Program-made: the position numbers and the translations under genes | The notes under the pieces: generated by a model | Databases searched by the model: none | Seen by the model: only the letters and a program-made list of their open reading frames with translations | Told to the model about the DNA's origin: nothing | Shown: positions 1 through 9,269 of the stretch, one piece after another | Position numbering within the stretch: the stretch's first letter is position 1 | Layout: each line of letters begins with the position of its first letter | Origin: Zymomonas mobilis subsp. mobilis ATCC 10988 | GTDB lineage: Bacteria > Pseudomonadota > Alphaproteobacteria > Sphingomonadales > Sphingomonadaceae | Reading direction: 5' to 3' | DNA: 32,000 nucleotides | NCBI RefSeq assembly: GCF_000175255.2 | Contig: NC_017262.1 | Span: 390,001-422,000 of the forward strand

Positions 1-164
1 ACCATAAAATTGGTCAAAGCCAGAATGATACAGGCAATGGCCTGTTTAGAACCAGACAGAAGACCTTCCGCCGAGGCGGGCTTCCTTTGATCATCGGGAG
101 GACCAAAGGAAAAACCCGCAAAAAAGTCATGAAAGCGATGACTAATTTTTTGAAGAAAGGTCAA
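1..164 (-). CDS. MFS (EmrB/DHA2-like) efflux permease, N-terminal fragment running off the window edge
   Basis: Hand translation of the minus strand gives (L)TFLQKISHRFHDFFAGFSFGPPDDQRKPASAEGLLSGSKQAIACIILALTNFMV-. This is a short cytoplasmic head followed by a first TM helix, as at the start of EmrB-type pumps. It lies directly downstream of the EmrA-like gene in the same orientation. There is no in-frame ATG. The only candidate start is TTG at 164-162, which overlaps the upstream gene by 23 nt, so the start is uncertain. Confidence 0.5.
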   Translation of the reverse strand, partial: MTFLQKISHRFHDFFAGFSFGPPDDQRKPASAEGLLSGSKQAIACIILALTNFM

Positions 165-1356
165 TGTCAGCCTCCATCGACAAACCCACGCGCAACGGAT
201 GGGCTCTCAATTCCTTGGGATCAAGGGCAATACGGACAGGCAAACGCTGAACAACTTTGATCCAGTTACCCGTCGCATTCTGGGCAGGGATAAGAGAAAA
301 GGCAGAGCCGGTGCCGCCTGAAAAACCGACGACATGACCGTGATAGACGACATCACCACCGTAAAGATCAGATTTGACCGTTGCCGTCTGGCCAACCTTG
401 ACCTTGCCAAGCTGGGTTTCTTTGAAATTGGCATCGACATAAATCTGTTCGATCGGCACAATGGTTGCAATCGGGGTGCCGACATTGACACGCTGACCAA
501 CCTGAACTTGCCTTTGGGTCACAACGCCTGCCATAGGGGCGCGAATTTCAAGACGACTATTGTCTAAACGCGCCTGATCCAAGGCAGCTTTGGCGGCACG
601 AACTTGCGGGTTGGTGCTGACCGTTGTGTTTTTAATCAAAGCCTGATTGGCTTCAAAATTACCGATTGCTTCTTCTTTTGCGGCATGAGCCTGATCGACA
701 GCAGCATGACTTTGCAACAAAGCCGCCCGTGCTTTTTCCAAAGCATTAGAAATAGCCGTCATTTCATCCCGTGACACAGCACCGGATTCAACTAAGGAAC
801 GACGACGGTTATAGTCGGTTTCTGCCCGATGATAGGTTGACTGCGCGGACAGGTAATTGGCTTCAGCTTGCTCGACATTAGCCTGCTGCGCAACAATAGC
901 TTGGGACAAGGCATCACTGCTAGCCGAAGTCTGTCCGAATTTTCTTTCTGCTGCTGCAAAATCAGCTTCAGCCTTTGCTAAAGAAATCTTTTGGTCATCG
1001 GGATTAAGACGAACCAGCAAATCCCCTTTTTGAACCTGTTGGGTATCGGAAACAAAGACCTGCGCGACCGGCCCCGAGACCAAGGCCATGACCTGCGCGG
1101 ATTCAGCATTAGTATAAGCGTTGTCAGTTGACGCATGACGGGAACCGACCAAGAAATACCAGATACCATAGATAATCGCGATCACGATCAGCAGAATAGC
1201 TAGAGAGCGTAACCAGCGTTTTCTATTGGATTTATTCTGTTCATCCGGCTCGGAAGCGGTATTCTGGGTAGCGTCCTGTTTATCCAATGACAGCTTGCTG
1301 TCACCCTGATCTGCGGCGGCCTGAACCGTGGTATTGTTATCTGCCATAGTTGTCAC
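142..1356 (-). CDS. HlyD/EmrA-family membrane fusion (periplasmic adaptor) protein of a multidrug efflux pump
   Basis: 404-aa ORF. It has a single N-terminal TM helix (LRSLAILLIVIAIIYGIWYFLV), a long Ala/Gln/Glu-rich coiled-coil hairpin and a C-terminal beta-barrel region (QIYVDANFKETQL, GNWIKVVQRLPVRI), as in EmrA. The start is GTG at 1356; an ATG at 1347 is an alternative. Confidence 0.85.
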   Translation of the reverse strand: MTTMADNNTTVQAAADQGDSKLSLDKQDATQNTASEPDEQNKSNRKRWLRSLAILLIVIAIIYGIWYFLVGSRHASTDNAYTNAESAQVMALVSGPVAQVFVSDTQQVQKGDLLVRLNPDDQKISLAKAEADFAAAERKFGQTSASSDALSQAIVAQQANVEQAEANYLSAQSTYHRAETDYNRRRSLVESGAVSRDEMTAISNALEKARAALLQSHAAVDQAHAAKEEAIGNFEANQALIKNTTVSTNPQVRAAKAALDQARLDNSRLEIRAPMAGVVTQRQVQVGQRVNVGTPIATIVPIEQIYVDANFKETQLGKVKVGQTATVKSDLYGGDVVYHGHVVGFSGGTGSAFSLIPAQNATGNWIKVVQRLPVRIALDPKELRAHPLRVGLSMEADIDLSSKN

Positions 1357-1368
1357 TCACAAAAAAAG

Positions 1369-2835
1369 TTATGCTGCCGTAAAACCGCCACCCAAAGCCT
1401 GAATCAAAGAGACATCAAGCTGGAAGGCTCTCGCCCGAAGATCGGCGACTGCTTTTCTCAGGGTCAGGACGTTTTCCTCCCCCTGCAAAACCTCGATATA
1501 GGTCACGAGACCGCTTTTATAGCGGTTTGCTAACACATTATAGGAAAGTTCGGCATGATTAAGGGCTTGAACCGTTTGGTCAAGCTGAAGATTAAGTTGT
1601 TTTTGACTGGTTGCCGCATCAGCGACCTGCTGCAACGCCTGTGACAAGGTTTTGTCATAGCTGGCAACGGCTTCCTGATAGGTCGCCCATGCCTCGCGAT
1701 ATTGACCGGACAGGCTGCCACCTCTGAAAATAGGGAGATTAAGTGCCGCACTTGCCGCTCCCAAAGCCAGACCATGGGTAGCCATATGCTCCAAAGCGCG
1801 CGTCTGATAACCGACAATACCGTTTAGGCTGACATTGGGATAAAATTGGGTTTTTGCTACTTTGACGCGATAGCCGGCGGCTTCCGCTGTCAAACGCGCG
1901 GCCACAATATCAGGCCGCCGCCCCAAAAGATCCAAAGCCGCATTATCCGGCAAACCGACTGCCCGCAATTTCACAGATTGAGGCCGCGTGATCGCCATAC
2001 CGCGATCAGGCCCTGCCCCCATCAAAGCGGCAATCTGATGCCGAACCAGATCAATGGATTCCTGATTAGCCGTCAGATCAGCTTGGGCATTAGCCAGCCT
2101 TGCACTGGCATCTTGCATGGCTGAATCATTATCCAACCCATGCCCCAATCTTTGCTGGGTCAATTCCAATACATGGCTACGGACAGCCAATGTCCGATTT
2201 AGAACCTGCCGTTCTTCAAATAAACGAGACAGATTGGCATAGGCCGCCGCGATACTGGTCGTCAGGGTCAAAGCGGCTTCATGGGAATCCACGATGGCCG
2301 CTTTTGCTTCCGATGTGGCCGCTGCCAATTTGGCGCGATATCCACCCCAGATATCAATATTATAACGAATAGTCAGGAATGATGATCCGCCATCACCCCA
2401 ATCTCTGAAATTATCACCACCAGCGGAAGGGCTGCCTGACTTACCTTGCGCTTCCTTAATACCCTGCCGGATTTCCTGATCCCGCATTAAATGACCGGCA
2501 CCCGTTCCGACAAACCCATTCACCGAAGGCAGCAATCCAGCCCCTGCTCTTTGCTTGCTACCGGCCGCCGATAAAATGCGTGCCTTAGCAATCGCCATAT
2601 CCGGCGCTTTTGCCAAAGCCTCGGTCATCAATTGGTCAAGCTGGGGATCACCATAAGACTTCCACCAACCTTCACCCGGCCAAGCGGAACCATTACCGGC
2701 AAGGGATTGCGCCGTTGCATAATCATGCACGTCTTTTACTTTTGGCGCTTTTCCCAATTTGGGAATTGAGGCACATCCTGTCAGCAATAGCGCTGCTACA
2801 GAAATACTGGTAATGAGTGGTCGTTTAAGATGCAT
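1369..2835 (-). CDS. RND/MFS efflux outer-membrane factor lipoprotein (NodT/OprM family)
   Basis: The ORF track gives 1369..2895. An internal ATG at 2835 yields MHLKRPLITSISVAALLLTGCAS, a signal peptide with lipobox LLTGC, so I prefer that start. The two-repeat OEP architecture and the C-terminal LIQALGGG motif are typical of NodT-family proteins. The gene is 12 nt upstream of the EmrA-like gene. Confidence 0.85.
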   Translation of the reverse strand: MHLKRPLITSISVAALLLTGCASIPKLGKAPKVKDVHDYATAQSLAGNGSAWPGEGWWKSYGDPQLDQLMTEALAKAPDMAIAKARILSAAGSKQRAGAGLLPSVNGFVGTGAGHLMRDQEIRQGIKEAQGKSGSPSAGGDNFRDWGDGGSSFLTIRYNIDIWGGYRAKLAAATSEAKAAIVDSHEAALTLTTSIAAAYANLSRLFEERQVLNRTLAVRSHVLELTQQRLGHGLDNDSAMQDASARLANAQADLTANQESIDLVRHQIAALMGAGPDRGMAITRPQSVKLRAVGLPDNAALDLLGRRPDIVAARLTAEAAGYRVKVAKTQFYPNVSLNGIVGYQTRALEHMATHGLALGAASAALNLPIFRGGSLSGQYREAWATYQEAVASYDKTLSQALQQVADAATSQKQLNLQLDQTVQALNHAELSYNVLANRYKSGLVTYIEVLQGEENVLTLRKAVADLRARAFQLDVSLIQALGGGFTAA

Positions 2836-2843
2836 AAATTCTT

Positions 2844-2918
2844 CCGTACTAGATAGTACAACTTTTTTCTTGTGCGCGAAGGTGGTTTTTGTCAAGGGAA
2901 AAACCGTACCATAGAGTA
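2844..2918. promoter_or_regulatory. Candidate TetR operator sites in the divergent promoter region
   Basis: The 92-bp intergenic region holds two related 15-mers, CCGTACTAGATAGTA (2844-2858) and CCGTACCATAGAGTA (2904-2918), matching at 12/15 positions. The first contains a perfect inverted repeat, GTACTA-GA-TAGTAC (2846-2859). A second inverted repeat, GGTTTTT-N8-AAAAACC, lies at 2884-2905. Confidence 0.3.
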
Positions 2919-2927
2919 TTTTACATT

Positions 2928-3557
2928 ATGGAAATTATGAATATATCAAAGCAGTATAAAGGTACTGATCGCCGAGAAGCTATTCTGGAAGAGGCAAAAC
3001 GCTTTTTCCTTGAAAAAGGATATGCTGAAACTTCCATGTCAGCGATTGCGGCCAAAGTCGGAGGATCAAAGGGGACGTTATGGTCTCATTTTCCTTCAAA
3101 AGAAGCCTTGTTTCGGGCTGTGATTGAACGGCTGGCGGGTGAATTCCACAAAGTCTATACAGATTTGCTTAATCCACAAGCTGAAATTGAAATTACGCTG
3201 AACCAATATGGCTGTCATTTCTGTCGAAATATTATCGAACCTGATAAAAGAGCCTTGTTTCGACTAGCAATTGTTGAATGTTGGCGTTTCCCCGAAGTCG
3301 GAAAAATTTTTTACGAAGCAGGGCCTCAAACCGCCATGCGGAAATTGGCATCCTATTTTGCTTCAGCCATGGAAAAGAAACAGATCCGTCAGGAAGACCC
3401 TGAATATGCGGCCTCTTTCTTTCTTCACTCTCTATGCGCGCGCAGTAAAGCTTCCAGACTTTATAATATCCCCCAAGAAAATCTCGCGAATAAAGAAGAA
3501 ATCGAGGCCGATGTTAGTCAGATTGTTTCTCTTTTTCTCAAGGCTTACGCGCCTTAA
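2928..3557 (+). CDS. TetR/AcrR-family transcriptional regulator, likely repressor of the adjacent efflux operon
   Basis: It has the N-terminal HTH signature (RREAILEEAKRFFLEKGYAETSMSAIAAKVGGSKGTLWSHFPSKEALF) and is divergent from the efflux operon. The ORF track starts at TTG 2889. I prefer ATG 2928 (MEIMNISK), with ATG 2937 also possible. Confidence 0.85.
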   Translation: MEIMNISKQYKGTDRREAILEEAKRFFLEKGYAETSMSAIAAKVGGSKGTLWSHFPSKEALFRAVIERLAGEFHKVYTDLLNPQAEIEITLNQYGCHFCRNIIEPDKRALFRLAIVECWRFPEVGKIFYEAGPQTAMRKLASYFASAMEKKQIRQEDPEYAASFFLHSLCARSKASRLYNIPQENLANKEEIEADVSQIVSLFLKAYAP

Positions 3558-3632
3558 TTCGCTTCTATTTTTTGCCTTTTCAAAAATCTAACGCCTGTCT
3601 CTGATTTTCCCACTCTCCCGAAAGAAGTTTTG

Positions 3633-4778
3633 ATGCAGCTTGCCTTTACGCACGGACAAATCGTTACACCAGATACGATATTGACCGATCACAGTCTGTT
3701 AATCGAAAATGGCGTGGTAAAAGCCATTACCGATCAACCGCTGCCTTGCGATATCCCAACCATAGACCTGCATCATCAGATCCTTTTGGCAGGCTTTATT
3801 GATATTCAGGTTAACGGCGGTGGCGGCTGCCTTTTTAACGATCATCCTGATGTAAACTCTATTTCAAAAATTGCGGCGGCACATCGTGCTTTTGGCACCA
3901 CATCTTTACTACCCACTTTGGTCAGTGAAGAGACGACAGTGATCGAAAAAGCCGTTCATGCCATTGAAGACGCTATTCAGGCTGGCATTAAGGGCATTGT
4001 CGGCCTTCATATCGAAGGGCCTTTTATTGCAATGACGCGGCGTGGCATCCATGCAGCCAGCAAAATCCGTCCGATCAGTGAAGAAGATATCAACTTCTTA
4101 TGCGACAGCGCCCGAAAGAATAAGGATAATTTCCGAATTCTCCTGACCTTAGCACCGGAAACAATGGATGCCTCAATCATCACCAAGCTGACAGAGGCTG
4201 GAGTGATTGTTTCTATCGGTCATTCGGACAGTGATTACGGAACCGCCATGAAGGCGATTAAGGCTGGCGCAAGCGGCTTTACCCATTTATTTAATGCCAT
4301 GTCTCAAAATACCAGCCGTGCGCCTGCCGTTGTCGGTGCCGCCTTGGATAGCGATAACAGCTATGCGGGCATTATTGCTGACGGGGAACATGTCCATCCG
4401 TCAAATATCCGTCTTGCTTACAAGGCAAAGGGCGCTGACCATTTAATGTTGATAACCGATGCCATGCCCTTAACGGGATGGGAAGAAGATCATTTCCTGT
4501 TGCAGGGACAGATGATCTATCGCCGCGATGGCCGGATTACCGATGATAAAAACGTGCTGGCAGGTTCTCTGCTCGATACGGCAACGGCTTTTGCCAATAT
4601 GATCAAAATGACGGATATTTCATTGGTTGAGGCCTCTCGCATGGCCTCTCTGACCCCAGCCCGTTTTCTGGGACTGCAAGATCGCGGCAGTATAGAAATC
4701 GGGAAAAGAGCTGATCTCGTTGTTATGGATGAAGCGCTAAAACTACAATCCGTCTGGATATCCGGCGAAAAATACTAG
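3633..4778 (+). CDS. nagA: N-acetylglucosamine-6-phosphate deacetylase
   Basis: Amidohydrolase with the NagA motifs GFIDIQVNGGGG, HIEGPF, SIGHS and HLFNAM. ATG at 3633 immediately follows the TTG at 3630 used by the ORF track. Confidence 0.85.
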   Translation: MQLAFTHGQIVTPDTILTDHSLLIENGVVKAITDQPLPCDIPTIDLHHQILLAGFIDIQVNGGGGCLFNDHPDVNSISKIAAAHRAFGTTSLLPTLVSEETTVIEKAVHAIEDAIQAGIKGIVGLHIEGPFIAMTRRGIHAASKIRPISEEDINFLCDSARKNKDNFRILLTLAPETMDASIITKLTEAGVIVSIGHSDSDYGTAMKAIKAGASGFTHLFNAMSQNTSRAPAVVGAALDSDNSYAGIIADGEHVHPSNIRLAYKAKGADHLMLITDAMPLTGWEEDHFLLQGQMIYRRDGRITDDKNVLAGSLLDTATAFANMIKMTDISLVEASRMASLTPARFLGLQDRGSIEIGKRADLVVMDEALKLQSVWISGEKY

Positions 4779-4796
4779 GCCTTTCTTAGAAAGGCC
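4778..4796. terminator. Short hairpin at the convergent nagA / cytochrome c junction (possible bidirectional terminator)
   Basis: GGCCTTTC-tta-GAAAGGCC is an 8-bp perfect stem. It overlaps the last base of the nagA stop codon and the last codons of the cytochrome c gene. There is no clean U-tract. Confidence 0.3.
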
Positions 4797-5280
4797 CATG
4801 TGCCGCAATCAGTTTTTGCCGTTCGATCGTCATTTGGGGAGCCGATTTTTTGGGCAAAGCACGGGCAGCCTTCACTTCGGCAGCCGTAAAAGGCTTGATC
4901 TGCGGCATATTTTGCAAAGACATGATATAGTTTAATGCCCCCGCTATATCTTCGTCTTTCAAAGAACCCAGCGGCGTCATCACCCCCAAAAAGGGCATAT
5001 TATCGACCACAACACGCCCCGCCATACCGTTAAAGACAACCGAAAGCATATACCGACGACCATCTTCAAACGTAGCGATCTTGCCAATCCGGTTGCTTAA
5101 TTTTGGGGCAAGATTAGAAGACCCCTGTCCTTTTGGCTGATGGCAAGAAGAACAATTCGCCATATAAGGGACAATCCCGACCGGTGCCGCACTCGCCTGA
5201 CTAACAAAAACACCCGAAAGAGCCGGAAAAACCATAGAAAATAGTCCGATGACCCATTTGGAATTGATCGTCTTTTTCAT
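4786..5280 (-). CDS. Periplasmic monoheme c-type cytochrome
   Basis: It has an N-terminal signal peptide (…FVSQASAAP) and a single CxxCH heme-binding motif (CSSCH). A downstream Met-rich region could supply the sixth ligand. Confidence 0.75.
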   Translation of the reverse strand: MKKTINSKWVIGLFSMVFPALSGVFVSQASAAPVGIVPYMANCSSCHQPKGQGSSNLAPKLSNRIGKIATFEDGRRYMLSVVFNGMAGRVVVDNMPFLGVMTPLGSLKDEDIAGALNYIMSLQNMPQIKPFTAAEVKAARALPKKSAPQMTIERQKLIAAHGPF

Positions 5281-5416
5281 GGTTGTTGCCCTCTTTCATA
5301 CCCTTTTAAAAAACATCGTCAAAATAGCTATAAAGCCTAAAAACTCTGCTATAAAATTTCCTTTACAGTCGTTACCGCCTGTTATGCAATGCAGGATAAA
5401 TCGGGAATAAAACAGG

Positions 5417-6163
5417 ATGGGTCGGCTTTTTCGCTTTTTTCTCCGGATTTTTGTCTATTTTCTTTTAATCTCACTGTTATGGGTTGGGCTTTACCGCTTT
5501 GTCAGGCCACCGATTACCCTGACTATGATCATGAACCGGATAAATGGCTATGGCCTCAATCAGACATGGCGGCCGCTCAATCAGATAGATCCTATCATGA
5601 TGGATGCTGTCATCGCATCGGAAGATAGCCGTTTTTGTTCTCATCATGGTTTTGATTTTACAGCGATTGAACAGGCGGCCAAACATAATGCCAGCGGCGG
5701 CCATATTCATGGCGGTTCGACCATCAGCCAGCAAACCGCAAAAAACGCTTTTCTATGGCAAAATGGCGGCTATTCCCGAAAATTGATCGAGGCCTATTTT
5801 ACCTTTCTGATCGAACATTTTTGGACGAAGCGGCGGATTATGGAGGTGTATCTCAATATCGCCGAAACCGGACGCGGTGTATACGGGGTCGAGGCGGCCT
5901 CACAATATTATTTTCATCATGATGCCAGCCATCTTTCCGCATTGGAGGCTGCAAGACTAGCCGCCATTTTTCCTCTTCCCAAAAAACGCAGCGTCCAGAT
6001 GCCCCATGGTTTTGTGCGCCGTTATGGCAATATCATTCAAAGCCGAATCCCACTGGTTAAAAGAAATGGATTGGATCGCTGCCTTTTCACGGTCACAACT
6101 TCCGCCATATCCGGTAACAGCAGACCACAGAAAGCCCCGTCGCCACCAATAGGAAAGCAATAA
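5417..6163 (+). CDS. mtgA: Monofunctional biosynthetic peptidoglycan transglycosylase
   Basis: It has an N-terminal membrane anchor and GT51 motifs (ASEDSRFCSHHGFD, GGSTISQQTAKN, RRIMEVYLNIAE). Confidence 0.85.
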   Translation: MGRLFRFFLRIFVYFLLISLLWVGLYRFVRPPITLTMIMNRINGYGLNQTWRPLNQIDPIMMDAVIASEDSRFCSHHGFDFTAIEQAAKHNASGGHIHGGSTISQQTAKNAFLWQNGGYSRKLIEAYFTFLIEHFWTKRRIMEVYLNIAETGRGVYGVEAASQYYFHHDASHLSALEAARLAAIFPLPKKRSVQMPHGFVRRYGNIIQSRIPLVKRNGLDRCLFTVTTSAISGNSRPQKAPSPPIGKQ

Positions 6164-6941
6164 CACCGAGACCAATGCGATGACGGTCTTCCAATTCCGG
6201 TTCAGCTGACCACGCCAGAAAAGCTGTCACATCTTTCGCCATTTGATTGGTGCTGGCCTTGGTGCCATCCTTATACTCAACCTGATTTTCGCTTAAAAGA
6301 GCGAGCGGCATCGCAATATGTAACCCTTTGAAATAAGGGTTATAGAAATTACCTTCCGGCGTTTTAAGCTGCGGATAGCGTTCAGCAATTTCTTTTGGTT
6401 CGCTTTCATATCCAGTCAGCAAAGAATAGACATAGGCGGCCCCCCCTTTCCTCGCTTTGGTAATCAAAGATAGATCAGGTGCCGTCACAATGCCTTGGCT
6501 GCCTAACGGGTTATAATAAGGCCCTGTAATCCGGTCATTCCGGTTGGGCTGGCGCATCATAGCTTCGCCCGTATTCGGGTCAATATCAGGAATCCGGTTA
6601 ATCCATTCCTGACGGATACTGTCAATTTCAGCTTTGCTATAGCCGATTTCGGCTAAATCCTGAAAACGCAGTTGATTGGCACCGTGACAAGAGGCGCAAA
6701 CCGCCTGAAAAACTGTAAAACCACGCCGCAGCTGTTTTTTATCGAAATGGCCGGTTAGCCCGTCACTGGGTAATTTTAAAGATTTTAATGGCTTTTGATA
6801 ACGGGCAGCCGGATCAAATTCCTGCTTTGCTCTTGGCTGGATGACGCCCCATAACAAAACGAAACACATAGCCAAGCCCGCTAACAAACAGACAAGACGT
6901 ATAAAGCCGATACGGCGGACAAGATTGAGCATATCAGGCAT
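6093..6941 (-). CDS. petC: Cytochrome c1 subunit of ubiquinol-cytochrome c reductase
   Basis: It has the CASCHG heme motif, a C-terminal TM anchor (GLGVIAFLLVATGLSVVCCY) and follows petB. The ORF track start (6998) lies inside petB. I prefer ATG 6941 (MPDMLNLVRR), which overlaps the petB stop; ATG 6932 is also possible. Confidence 0.85.
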   Translation of the reverse strand: MPDMLNLVRRIGFIRLVCLLAGLAMCFVLLWGVIQPRAKQEFDPAARYQKPLKSLKLPSDGLTGHFDKKQLRRGFTVFQAVCASCHGANQLRFQDLAEIGYSKAEIDSIRQEWINRIPDIDPNTGEAMMRQPNRNDRITGPYYNPLGSQGIVTAPDLSLITKARKGGAAYVYSLLTGYESEPKEIAERYPQLKTPEGNFYNPYFKGLHIAMPLALLSENQVEYKDGTKASTNQMAKDVTAFLAWSAEPELEDRHRIGLGVIAFLLVATGLSVVCCYRIWRKL

Positions 6942-8190
6942 CCGTTCTTTTCTTTTCCGCTTCTTCGATAGAAGAAGGCACGGCTTTTGTTTTTTCAACC
7001 AGCGGTAAAATCGGCAAAATCACCAGAAAAAAGGCGAAATAATAAAGGGATGCCCATTGCCCTAATCGTATCCAGGGTTCTTCCGCGGGTTGCTTACCAC
7101 AAAAACCTAACAGAAGAATATCGGCCAGAAATAACAGGAAGAAACAACGAAAAACAGGGCGATAGCGACCTGATCTTACGGGTGAATTGTCTAGCCAAGG
7201 CAACAAGCCCCAAACCAGAACCGACAATCCCATGCCTAAAACGCCCCATAATTTAGCCGGTATCCCCATAAAATTGACCGTAAAAGAACGTAAAACCGCA
7301 TAAAATGGCCAAAAATACCATTCCGGTTTGATATGAGCCGGAGTTGAAAAGGGATTGGCCGGAATATAATTATCGGGATCGGTAAAAACATTCGGATAGA
7401 AAAAAACAAGGCTGCAAAAAATCAATAAAAAGACGCAAATCGCGACAAAATCCTTGGCAATATAATAAGGCTGCATCGGAACGACTTCTTCGGCTTTTTT
7501 GACTTCTATTCCGGTTGGATTACCGGAACCCTGACGATGCAATGCCCAGACATGGAGGCCAACCACAGCCAAGATAACAAAAGGCAAGGTGAAATGTAGC
7601 ACAAAGAAACGGTTCACGGTGGCAGCATTGGGCGCAAATCCGCCCAAAACCCAAATGCGAATTTTCTCACCGACAAAAGGCACCACCGAAAACAGGCCGG
7701 TAATCACTTGAGCAGCCCAATAACTCATCTGCCCCCAGACCAGACTATATCCTAAAAAGGCAGTAGCCATCGCCAGCATGAATAATAAAACGCCGATCAA
7801 CCAAACCACTTCACGCGGCGCTTTATAGGAACCGTAATAAACCCCGCGAAACATATGGATATAAAGCGCGGCAAAAAACAAACTTGCCCCCACCATATGA
7901 CCATATCGTATCAGCCAGCCAAAACCGACATAGCGCATTATCGCTTCAATAGAATTAAAGGCTTCATTACTACTGGCAACATAATGCATCGCCAATGCCA
8001 AACCGGTAATAATCTGGATAGTCAGGGCAATCCCTGCCAATACGCCAAAATTCCATAACCAGTTCAGATTACGAGGGACAAGATAGCCCTTACCCATGAC
8101 ATCATGCCATAACCGGATAACGGGCAAACGATCGTCCAGCCATCGGGTAAAAGTATTTTTGGGCTGATAAGGGGGTGGTGACAGCTTCAT
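6934..8190 (-). CDS. petB: Cytochrome b subunit of the bc1 complex
   Basis: 418-aa polytopic protein with typical cytochrome b sequence (WNFGVLAGIALTIQIITGLALAMHY, RYGHMVGASLFF, PEWYFWPFYAVLRS). Confidence 0.95.
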   Translation of the reverse strand: MKLSPPPYQPKNTFTRWLDDRLPVIRLWHDVMGKGYLVPRNLNWLWNFGVLAGIALTIQIITGLALAMHYVASSNEAFNSIEAIMRYVGFGWLIRYGHMVGASLFFAALYIHMFRGVYYGSYKAPREVVWLIGVLLFMLAMATAFLGYSLVWGQMSYWAAQVITGLFSVVPFVGEKIRIWVLGGFAPNAATVNRFFVLHFTLPFVILAVVGLHVWALHRQGSGNPTGIEVKKAEEVVPMQPYYIAKDFVAICVFLLIFCSLVFFYPNVFTDPDNYIPANPFSTPAHIKPEWYFWPFYAVLRSFTVNFMGIPAKLWGVLGMGLSVLVWGLLPWLDNSPVRSGRYRPVFRCFFLLFLADILLLGFCGKQPAEEPWIRLGQWASLYYFAFFLVILPILPLVEKTKAVPSSIEEAEKKRTDA

Positions 8191-8197
8191 AATAAGT

Positions 8198-8830
8198 TCA
8201 CCCGATAGAAATCACAGAAGGACTGATAAAACGATAAGGCGGCACAACCAGATTGGTCGGTGCAGGGCCTCTTCTGATACGGCCGGCGGTATCAAAGGCA
8301 GAACCATGGCAGGAACAGATATAACCACCATATTCGCCTCTGGGTTCTCCGGCATGACTACCTTGCGGAATACAGCCCAAATGGGTGCAAATCGCCATAG
8401 TTACCAACCAATCCTGCTTACCGGCCTTGGTTCTTTGTGCCAAAGTTTCAGGATCGCGCAGATCAGAAAGAGCAACCGCATTAGCTTCGGTTATTTCCTG
8501 CTCGGTTAAATGGCGGATAAAAACAGGCTGGTCACGCCACACGACCTTGACGGTCTGGCCGGGCGGCACCGTCGAAATATCGACTTCGGTTTTTCCCTGC
8601 TCTGATACATCTTTGGAAGGATTCATCTGGGCAATAAACGGTATCGCTGCGCCACACACGCCGATGCCCGCCAGTCCTGCCGCCGCCACATTCAAAAAAT
8701 CACGACGATCCAGACTATCAGAGGTTTCCGGCTGACCTTCGGGGAAGTCTGATTGGGTCTTTTTTAACGAGTGACCTTCGTCATCTTTCGACATGTCACT
8801 TTTTCCATTCTTCGCTTCGCTATTCTTCAT
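8198..8830 (-). CDS. petA: Rieske 2Fe-2S subunit of the bc1 complex
   Basis: It has a Tat-like motif (RRDFLNVAAAGLAG) and the Rieske boxes CTHLGC and CSCHGS. The start is uncertain: ATG 8830, or the internal ATG at 8794. Confidence 0.9.
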   Translation of the reverse strand: MKNSEAKNGKSDMSKDDEGHSLKKTQSDFPEGQPETSDSLDRRDFLNVAAAGLAGIGVCGAAIPFIAQMNPSKDVSEQGKTEVDISTVPPGQTVKVVWRDQPVFIRHLTEQEITEANAVALSDLRDPETLAQRTKAGKQDWLVTMAICTHLGCIPQGSHAGEPRGEYGGYICSCHGSAFDTAGRIRRGPAPTNLVVPPYRFISPSVISIG

Positions 8831-9269
8831 ATTCTATGGCAACCCCGCCCTACTGCCTTACGGTAAACCGACTTCTCTCTTTTTGCAGCCTTCACACTAC
8901 AATAAAAACTTTATGAGCCTTGATGTGTCATTGAGATATCAAAAATCTCTTTCAACAAGCAATAAAAGCCCTGCCCTCATACTATTCAGGCAACTTTTAT
9001 GGTTCGCTTTGCACAGGATAGGCTTGCATTGCCTCTTAACACGCTATCAGAGAAAGCTCTAATTTTTTGAATAAAACGCCCACGGGACTGACACTAAAAT
9101 GATTTTAGAATGGATGAAAACGGCTCAAATCCAGTTAAATCCTACCAAGGATAAGGCTACAGCCAGCAATAGAAATAATCTTTTGTGACCCAGCGTTCTT
9201 TAATATGACCCAACATTCTCCAGTAAAAGCAAGTTAGCGATCCTTTCACGGCTTTGGGATTGATAAAGG

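Noticed and set aside
207-2813. Multiple 60-100 aa ORFs nested in or antisense to the EmrA-like and OMF genes (e.g. 207..500, 334..567, 1530..1817, 1846..2124, 2100..2372, 2610..2813)
   Set aside because: They lie entirely inside long ORFs with clear family signatures. Their translations are low-complexity or Arg/Pro/Ser-rich, typical of shadow frames, and they have no ribosome-binding sites.
6942-6998. Lys/Arg-rich N-terminal extension of cytochrome c1 (MKKQKPCLLLSKKRKRKER)
   Set aside because: It overlaps the 3' end of petB out of frame. The ATG at 6941 gives a normal signal-anchor start with translational coupling to petB.
8793-9062. 89-aa plus-strand ORF in the petA upstream region, and 9478..9789 / 9531..9731 / 9825..10169 plus-strand ORFs
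   Set aside because: They have no SD sequence and no recognisable domain. The latter three are antisense to the IS5-type transposase relics, and their Ser/Leu/Pro-rich composition is typical of noncoding frames.
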